From Tubulanus polymorphus (lineage: Eukaryota > Animalia > Nemertea): a stretch of DNA of 64,000 nt. Where the stretch lies: positions 8,346,812-8,410,811 of the forward strand of contig NC_134036.1 in NCBI RefSeq assembly GCF_964204645.1, written 5' to 3'. The notes beneath the pieces are model-generated. The model had not been told where the DNA came from, did not search any database, and worked only from the letters and a program-made list of their open reading frames with translations. A program made the position numbers and the translations under genes. Positions 54,713 to 64,000 of this stretch are shown one piece after another. Numbering within the stretch: the stretch's first letter is position 1; the number at the start of each line of letters is the position of its first letter.

Positions 54713-57405
54713 TACGAAGTTGTAAAGTTGTAAATTACTTAAAACCGAAAGAAAATCCCATTATTGGATCGAGTTTTTCCTAATTACACGAATTACTAGA
54801 AATATCTAATAATGAAATGTATACACAATACCAATAAGAACAACCTGATTTGATTCTGTTCGGAATTCATTCCTATATTTTCGTCATAAAAATCGGAGGC
54901 AGTATTTCTCATTGATTTTTTCAATAGCGTCATTTCAGCCATGGACTGTAAAAAAACGTTACTGATTCCATGGTTAAGCTCGTTTTCGAGTCAAATATTG
55001 CATTTGATTCATTTCTCGTTGTGGTTTTGTCAAAGCTATATTTTCACAGTCCGATCAGTAATACAAATAGCTAGTCAGTTACCAACGGTATAGCCAATAA
55101 TCTACAGAACCACCCGAATAGCGAAAATTAGCAAATTGTACCAGTGATACCAGTTTTTGTCATGATTTTATCGAACATGTCATTCAATAATCGATGTGAT
55201 CGGGTAAAACCTCGCCCCATAAAGGTCCCTTTCAGTAAAAATCCCCTAGTTAAATATACCCCAAGGTAAAGGCCCCTGGTAAAAAACCCGAATAAAGATT
55301 TTTCAGTGTCTAGTTGGATGTTCTTTTCTTGTTCCTCTGTATACCTGTATACCTTCTCTATCAGATAGAAATGTTGTTAACTGCAACTATCCGTTAATCA
55401 AACTGTTGAATTATTTTTGATAATCGGGAGTGATGAAAAGTTAGGAATGAAAATTAACGGTTTAGCTACTTATATTTAGTTTAAAATCATGTGTTCTGCT
55501 TTAACAAATGCACTGTTGTATCTAAAAATATTATTTTACCCGAGTGCCTCAATCAGGGCTACATCAACAGTCCATCTCACTGATTATTTCATCACAGATA
55601 ATCACCAGCCATTGAAATGTTTAATCCTCATACAATACAATACAATTATCTCAAATCTAAATTTCATGAGATAAATGCTCCTAGATTTCATAGGTTTTAT
55701 TCCAACTGTTGCGACAGTCATATCAAAACTGGACTATTCATATCAATAGACGTTAAACTGGACTGTTAATATATGAAAAGTCTTTAAGGCCATATCATAT
55801 ATCTGAAGTGCGCTATGTTTTGCCTTGCAGTAATAATTTGATTTGTCACATGTTTACTCCATATCTTCATATAATTTCCAAATAAACGAATACATTTCCA
55901 TTGTTATGTTAAATGACATCAGCAAAAGCAAATAGACACAAACTACTAAACTACTGTGTTTAGGATGGTTTAAGAGATTGGACGCCGATTGATACGAAAA
56001 CTAGATTTCATGCAATCATTTTCTTTCTTTAAAATCGTTGCGAATTAACCCGCGAGTGTTCGACCCTGGACGAACAGTTAATGGAATTTTATCGGGTTAG
56101 TCTTTCTATAGCCGACTAGCTATTGAATACCAGTGATTAAACCATAAGTAAATAACGAAGTTACTTGGGATGTTTAATTAATTGATGACAATGTACAAGT
56201 AAAACCAGGCCTATCAGACACCCGTAATGTAAAATGATATCATGCAAGATATTCATATAAGCGTATTTTAGTCCTGATTTGAATGAATGTACCCACATTT
56301 TAGGCAATGAATCGAGACTTGGTTTTATCCCATAGCGTCAGCGCTAGTACATGCTTGAGATGAGATTGTTGGTTTATATTTTGAACTCTGTAAAGAAGTT
56401 TTGTACATTTAAGCGTGAATGACGCACTGTGATGAACTATTGTGCGAAATAACATATTAAATTCAATAAACGAATCTTAATGTTCCAAAAGGAATAATAG
56501 TGTAGTTAAGTGTAGTTAAGATTAATAGTTGTTTTTTTTTTTCTTAATGAAAACCGATGATATAAAATAATTTAGCTTATTATCCCCAAAGTGAAAATCC
56601 CCCGGTAAAATATTCCCAATATTTGATTTAACTAACATAAAATCAACACAATTTATTATGTTTAAAAAATTTCAACTCATAGATTCTAGATTTTATTGCA
56701 CTTCTATTAACTGAAGATGATAGTAATGATGTATAGATGTATAATATGATGACCGAACGTTTGATGAGGAATAACTACTGTGGTTAGATACAATTCTCAT
56801 TCTTAGGATACGAATCGGTTGATTGAATTCGGTCATTTAAACTACTGGCTAATTTACAGTGGTCACTATTGAAACGATTAATTGAAGTGCCCTTGAAATC
56901 AAGATAGATTCCTGTTGCGTAAATTAACTAATTTTCAAGCGACCACCTTCTATTGTCGGAATTCGGTTAGCTCTTGGTTAGCCAGAAGTTTTACCATAAA
57001 GACTCAGACTAGATGATTGAATTAAATCTTTGAATCAAAATATTGTCACTGGAGTAAATATATATTCCTTATTACACTTTCAGCAGTGATCATATGTTAA
57101 ATGTAAATTGAAGGTATTACTGTCATCTAAAGTTAATAAGGTATTAGAATCGCAAAATTTAAGTTGTTCAAAACCAACATGAAAATGAGAAGAAAATACA
57201 CAATATCCGTGTATGGTGAATAATGAGACAAATCTCACAATGAATTCAGCTAAAAATCAAATGTTCTACGAGCAATGTTTCGGCTAATGCTATTAGCCAT
57301 CATCAGGCCCCCGTCAACATGAACATATTGATACGTAAATCGAATCCATATCATAAGCATACTATACCACAAGTAAAAAAGAGTTATTTATTTCGAATTA
57401 AAAGA

Positions 57406-57470
57406 TAGTATGAATAAAAATATGAAAATATAGTATGAATAAAAATATGAAAAGGTAGTATGAATAAAAA
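57406..57470. repeat. ~24-bp tandem repeat TAGTATGAATAAAAATATGAAAA, ~3 copies
   Basis: Directly visible. Confidence 0.8.
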
Positions 57471-58339
57471 GTTCATTAATTTCATTTATTCTATGAATTT
57501 ATTTAAAGATTTATTTCAACAAAATAGTTCAATGCACAGTTCAAATATATTGCAGTTGTATTGTGGAGGAATATGTTTGAATAAATATCGTGCTTTCAAA
57601 TGTTCTTGAAAAATCGTCAAGTGAGGATTTTACCTAGGGGATTTCTACCTACAACCATCTAAAATGCCCCAGGCTCTAAATCCAGTAGGTTTATGGCGAA
57701 AGGTTAAGATTAGGAATGTATTAGCAATATAATTTTTTGAAACAGTATTTTGTCTCCCGATGATTTGATTTGCAGGTCAGACTTATTGTTGACCAAAGTT
57801 CTTAAAGTGAATTGCTTTAAAGTAATAAATATCAATGAAACAATATCATAAATTTTGAAGTGAGTTATTTTGTAATAATCCAATTTAAGTGCACTCCGAT
57901 GCATGCTAAATTCTTATAAATTCATTTATAAATTTAATTTATACATTTTCCCTCCTCACTTATTCATTCTATATTAGTTTTACTAATGAACATAACAGTG
58001 GCTTGTGCCTAATGTCAATAAGCAGCGATTGGGTGCCGCCTCTCTGTGTTAATCTATCACGAAAGATTTAACTCGTTTAGAGCCGCTGAAAACGTATTTC
58101 TTTGCAGCCTAGAGTTTATGCATACATGTTCTAAATCAAGACAATATGCTCTACCCGGTATATCAGAGCCTATACTAAAGCATGCACTCATAATTCGTTT
58201 AAGAGTCCGAGGCTTAATTGTGAGAGTTGTTATACAATGAGTAATTAAATGGTGGGATTACAATGGGAGAGATCATTTCATCAGCCACATCGTTGCCCCA
58301 GGGAGTTAGTCATATTTGTTATAGCCAAAATACCTTGAC

Positions 58340-58386
58340 CATGGACTCTAAAACGTTTTAATGTCTAAATCGTTTTAGAGTCCATG
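58340..58386. repeat. Miniature hairpin element CATGGACTCTAAAACG..CGTTTTAGAGTCCATG
   Basis: 16-bp perfect arms; relatives at ~54939-54973 and ~59772-59803. Confidence 0.6.
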
Positions 58387-60281
58387 ACTTGACAGAATAT
58401 AGAAATTTGCCCAGAAAAAGTTATGTATATTTCAACAAAAAAGAATCAATAAAGACTTATATTATTTGAATTTAAATGAAGAGACGAGTAGTAGTTTAAA
58501 GGTTAACTATTTATTCCGACGCACGAGCTTTCGCTTCTAATATATAGAAGCTTCAATGAGTGAATTATTAGAATTGGTACATTTAGTAAATTTCGGAAAC
58601 AAAACCTAGTCTTAAGAACTACCAAGTTTCAAAGAATTTTGTTCCCTTATGATATTGAATGGTGTGAAATTGAAGTGTCCCTAATGAAATATCTTTATGT
58701 AAGTTCAACTAACTTACCCAGTTAGTGATGATAGTTGAATAATTAACAAAATAATAGTTGGAATATCGTTTAGGACAAATTAGGATTTTACCGGGTAAGT
58801 TTTTTCCTAATAGGCTACCTTTTTGAAGAGCATGCATCCTGAGATACGAATACAAAAATTCGTTTGACGCTAAATGCAGAGTTTTCACGGTAGAAGATAT
58901 TTGGACATCAATTAATCACGTGCAGGGGATGAAATGACAATTTGTCACTGCTGAGCTTATTTTCCTTCACTGAACTTTTTCTAAGTTTTTTCAATATTCT
59001 CTAATCCGACAGTATATACGCTGCGTACTAACTGTACACAATTTCGGGTTTGGGTTGTTTTTGAAAAAAAAACAGATACCCAGAAAATTGTAATTTTTGG
59101 GTTCTTGAAAACGGTCAATATGTTAAAGCAGGTTAATGTAAAACCGCATAGAATAGCTACAATAAACAAGATGTATCCAGGAAAATATATATTTCAGAAC
59201 ACGATCGATTTCACTGAATTTAGCCTCATCATGTAGGATAAAATGAACTTCTGTTGATATTGCGATTGTGCTGTCGTTAGCTGTCCCATAGCTTATTCGA
59301 CTCGCTATCGAAAGTAACAAAACAATGGTCACATGTGTCAATGAACTTATCGCTATTCGAAGTAATGTGCGTATTGAAAAATTTCTCAAGCACTTCGAAT
59401 TTCCGATTGCTTAAACGCCAAATTTGCATTCGAAATATTAAGCCGATTTATTCTAATTCATACCTGGTCGTGTTATAAGCAATTCAAGCGTTTAGTTTGT
59501 ACTTTAAAATAAAATGAAATAGATTGATTGATGAAATACAAATCAAGTCAAACAAACTCAACTAACTGACTACTGCTGAGTTATTTGTATTTGATGAAAG
59601 AACATATTCTAGTTACTGACATTGGCTCGAACCTTGATTATTGTCTAAGTTGTACTATAACTAACATGCCAATGAATGTGTACATGCGCCTCTCTGATTG
59701 GCTAGAATCCTTGCATTCGATAGAAACTGCCGGCATCAGTGAACTAACGGGGAAATTAGAATTGTATGTTTGACCACGGATTCTTCTTTATTGAGTCCAT
59801 GGTTTTGGCTCTGGTTTTATCGTGAGTTTGATTAACGTACATTGTAGAGAACAATGGTGGGGATTCGAATAACGTGCATCCTTTATTCAGAAAGAGTATC
59901 ATTACGTATATACATATAGAAATTATTACAATAACTTTAATCAGAATTATCTCATCACGCAGAACCAGTGAAATAGCCGTTGTAAAGCCGCAAAGTAAAT
60001 TGAATGAATGAGTAGTGCTCACGCATTTGTTTCCATTTCATAAGAATCAATTCCAAACAGATGAATCAGATTCGAATTTTTGCTTCTTCGTTATGCGAAG
60101 TTTTTTTTGTTTATATCGGGGACTCTTATATGATTTAGGTTTTAGAGTCGATGGTTATATGAATATCTTATGATTTCTCAACTTTCATCAAATACTTAGG
60201 AATGCCATTGAAAGATTTTCAAACCATTGAACGTTTGGGTAAAAGGTTCTGCTAAATTTGATTACCATCGGCTTTTTAGAT

Positions 60282-60660
60282 AATTTCCACGAAGGTCACA
60301 ATTTTAGTGATTTGACCTTGGGAGGTTTAAACCTCCCGAATCCAATTTGCGAAATATCGGTCCTCTTTGTCGGCGGTAATGAAAGAATACATAGAGCGAA
60401 GTTTCTATTGTGCGCCGGCCGCATTTTGTTCACGAATAGCTTACGTAATAAATTGAAAGTCGAGATCACAGGCGGATATAGCGCTCTATGGCCCACGCTC
60501 AATTCATAAACTGGTCCGCAAATAAAGTGTTTAGAAGTATAATTGACACGTTTGTACGATTTTGCGCTGTAAATTTATCATTTTTCAGGACTCAAGGACC
60601 AGAAATTGGCAATATTTTTGATACAAACTGAGAAAGTATCAAAACATTTGGGAACGTGTT
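60282..60660. repeat. Inverted copy of the 54329-54712 repeat
   Basis: Reverse-complement match along its whole length. Confidence 0.85.
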
Positions 60661-63600
60661 TTATATGATTTAAGAAGTGGGTTGAGTCGATATCTTGCCC
60701 GGATTCACGGTATCGAGGGTTAAATTCTACTCAATATCCATTTCCCAATTTAGCCATTTTTTATTTCCACGGTTTCGAATAATTATTGATTTCGTCTGTC
60801 GCTGGTTTACGTGAACTCACTCATCGATTCACGATGGCTGTTCGTCGAGCTTGAATATCAGTTACCGAAAGCTCAAGTGCAACAGCTGACTGACTGACGT
60901 TTCCACAGATCCACAGTTTAGAATCGTTATCGATTTCGTCCGTTCATTGATTCACGATGATTGATGCTGTAGAGCTGAAACTTCGGTAACCTGAACCTTA
61001 AGAGCAACAGGTGACGATATTCTACTGAAAGGTATTCCATCGGTTGAATATCTGACGACGTGTCATCGGTCATGTCGCATATGGTATGGTAAAATACGAC
61101 GATATTGAGATGATAGAATACATCTCACGATTCTCAGGACTGCATTTTCCGTACATATGCATAAGTAGGAAGATTATACCGTCTTCGACGGGTTGGTAGA
61201 TATGAAGACTAATACATATCAGCGTTTACGTGACAACAATAGTAATGCGCCTTATTTATCTGCTGCGGCTGTTGTTGCTGCTGCTGCTACTATTGAACGT
61301 AAAACTGTTTCCAACTCAAATCAATATTGACCAGTGATTTGAGTTGGATGAGTTGGAGTACTGGTAATGGATTAAGAAGTTTCAATTTGGACCAGTGATA
61401 AGTCATTAGTTGTTTGAATTCAGTATCTGAGTTATAGACAATAGAAAATTAATTGAATCATTAGTTATGCGATATTACTTCGAATTCGGTAATAATCTGA
61501 TGAAAATGTGATTCATTGAGTGCATTGCGAACTTGTCCCAGATTATTTTTTCGATAATTCGATTTTAAACGGATTTGAGTTAGGCTTACTGTATGGACAT
61601 ATTAATTTCATATTGTATTGTGAAATGCATGAGTTCCGGGAAAATAGAGATGACGATTGAAATAGTTAATAATCATTGTGAATTATTAGTTCTAAGATTC
61701 GTATTTGATTTCAGGGGCAATCGTGTAAACAGATTTTGAAAAGTTAACCGATGAAGGATTTGAATTACTGCATAGAAATACGTATATTATCTGATATTAC
61801 ATATACTTCATATGCATGTATGAATACGTATGTCATATATTAGCAGAGCTGCCAACTGTTTCTGATTTTCAGCATGTTCGGTACTGTTTTGTCCGGTCGG
61901 CTATTTGACGTTGTTTTGTTTGTAGTGATACACCGGTCACAATCCTCTCCTTAGTCGTTGATAAATAAATGCGTTGATAGGTCGAGAGAACCTTACACTG
62001 TCCTGACTATTTTGGTCATGTAGAATTTAGCCTTAATGATTCGCTTATCTAAAATTATTTGGGAAACTGATTTGCCAGACTAACTTTTCTTTTGCCAATC
62101 CTCTTGTCATGACGCGGAATGAGGAATGAGGAAGAATCATTTTTCACCAGCCTGAATTATAGTCAGCGCTGATAGATTAAAGCATCAAACCACAACTTGT
62201 TTACTACATTGTTTGCAGTCTGACACCCATTAACCACCAACGCATACAGGATATTATTCAACCTAACAAACATTTTCTAGCTACTACGAAATCTTGCTGC
62301 GGACCAGTATATAGACATGTATGTAAAACGAAAAATTACCCTGGACAAAGTTTCAATGAATATTCGAGGAGTAACCGGTTGATTCACATGATAAACGTTC
62401 GTGTAGAAAAGTACATTTATCTCATCTGATGTGACATTCGGAACCGAAAACATTTTCTAGGGTTTTCACAATGGTGTTTGAACATTGGTTCTAACGATTC
62501 AGTTTCAATTCGACTAATTTGAACAAGATCCACGATAATTTAAATGATCAAAAAGATTTAAACAACAATCCAGTTCATCGGATATGTGAATTTTTGTTCT
62601 CATTTGGATTCCACACTTATCGGGATGTTATTTTAATCTGAATCAAGTTGTTCGTCAGGTTGGTGTTATTGGAATTTGGGTCTAGTTCCATAGTTGTCAT
62701 AGTGAGTTTGTCAGTTATTTTGAATCGGGATCCAGTTCCACGAAATGGGTCGAATCTAAATACAATCCCACGGTTTAACTGGGTAACTGGATTCAGGATC
62801 CACAGTTTCAATGTATTGGTTTTACTCTGAGTCCCGTTCCACGGTAAAGAGCGTTATATTTTGAATCGGAATCCAGTTTCACTATATGCCCTCAAGTTGA
62901 CTGTGAATCCAGTTCCCCAGTTATATAGGTCTAATGTGTCTCTGAAACAAGCCCGATCTTTAATTTAACATGGTTGAATGCGTTCCTTACTTAAATATGT
63001 AATTTTGGGTCCGGAATATTCAGTTATTACATCAGACGAAAAAGTTTCATATTTCACCCGTTTCCACTCAGGATTGAAGCACTGACGTTAACACCGGGCG
63101 AGTTAATAATCCTGATCAGAAAAAAACAAATAGTGTATTGTTTATCTGAAGTGCAAAATTCACGAGAGAATATTCTGCATAAAGCTCCCTATATCGAACG
63201 CAGGAACCGAACTTTTACACGGAGGCAAAACGTAAGTAGATAACAAACGAAAATGACTAGTCACTGATCATACCGTCTAATATAGTATAGTTATAGTCTA
63301 TGTATTGCTACACGGATTAAACAGTTTTAGCTGCGTAGACTTAAAATAATTGTTTTTGCTGCAACTGATTCAAATAACCGTTTTCAACATATGATTTGCG
63401 ATTAGATAATAGGGGTCAAAGACCCAACCACGTGATTACAACAAATACAGCGTGTAGTTTATTTGATACCCAATTTTACATCCCAATAGTTACGTCCTTT
63501 ACGTTTCGTATAACATCACTGAAATCAGCAATACAGGAAACTCGTTACCATCGCTTTGCACTAAATGTATTATCAGTTTATTTTTTTCTGAAACAGCAAT

Positions 63601-63721
63601 ACGTTAACTTGTGTATTATATCTGACGAAATGGGACTGAAGGCCTTTTTGCATACTGTCAGATTTTCAGTATTTGCGATTCCCCTAAATGCCAAATTGCT
63701 ATTTTTTTTGCAGACGATAAA

Positions 63722-63794
63722 ATGCTGTTATCTTTAATGACTCGCGTATGTGTTATTGTTGTTATGTTGGTCTGTGCGTCGTCACGTGCAGAAG
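63722..63794 (+). CDS. Signal-peptide exon of knottin-family paralog 3 (next exon not seen before the window end)
   Basis: MLLSLMTRVCVIVVMLVCASSRAE-G|GTAAGG; same 73-nt length and phase as 41353-41425; acceptor TTTTTTTTGCAG at 63713; flanking introns similar to gene 1. Confidence 0.82.
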
Positions 63795-64000
63795 GTAAGG
63801 AACTACTGGCGAGATAATTCTCTACTTCAAAGGAAAATTAAATGATTAAATAAGGAGTCAAAATAAGCAGTACACATTAAGTATCATTATCGATGGCACG
63901 AATTAATCTCATTTCAAAGATAATATTTCATACTTTATTTTCTTCATACTTGATATATATTCAGACAAAAATCAGTGTGCAATAAATGTCGTCTTTAAAC

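Noticed and set aside
59123-59389. Minus-strand ORF with a hydrophobic stretch
   Set aside because: No ATG start, no splice or homology support
61245-61340. Signal-peptide-like short ORF MRLIYLLRLLLLLLLLNVK
   Set aside because: Hydrophobicity comes from a CTG/TTG repeat; unrelated to the knottin leader and no supporting exon

Overview
AT-rich genomic DNA from an animal, most likely a marine lophotrochozoan-type invertebrate (inferred from short spliceosomal introns, the gene content and the transposon set). (1) 747-6755: an intact three-exon, ~1950-aa GRL101-type receptor (CUB, C-type lectin, LDLa, LRR and 7TM domains); two short phase-0 introns join the three large ORFs. (2) ~8.5-26.9 kb: a decayed endogenous Polinton/Maverick-type virus (penton-like protein, membrane proteins, major capsid protein, zinc-finger protein, packaging ATPase, integrase). 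Most of its genes start at a T-tract + TAAATG motif like a poxvirus late promoter, and three related hairpins sit where its two gene blocks converge. A 4.3-kb CAC-ended TIR element and a Helentron-like element interrupt it, and a separate pPolB fragment lies at 49.1-50.3 kb. (3) A family of tiny secreted-peptide genes missed by the ORF track: a complete gene at 41353-41833 encoding a signal peptide plus a 25-aa cystine-knot peptide (CKIRGVVCLGDTDCCTGNCTIGTCS) resembling omega-conotoxin MVIIA, and paralogous signal-peptide exons at 51732-51807 (-) and 63722-63794 (+). (4) Nested transposon debris: a Kolobok/KolX fragment with a MULE-like MITE in its intron, an RTE-X-like LINE, an inverted Penelope insertion with a hammerhead-like motif and 14-bp TSD, plus MITEs and satellites. 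All calls come from reading the sequence by eye; no searches were run.
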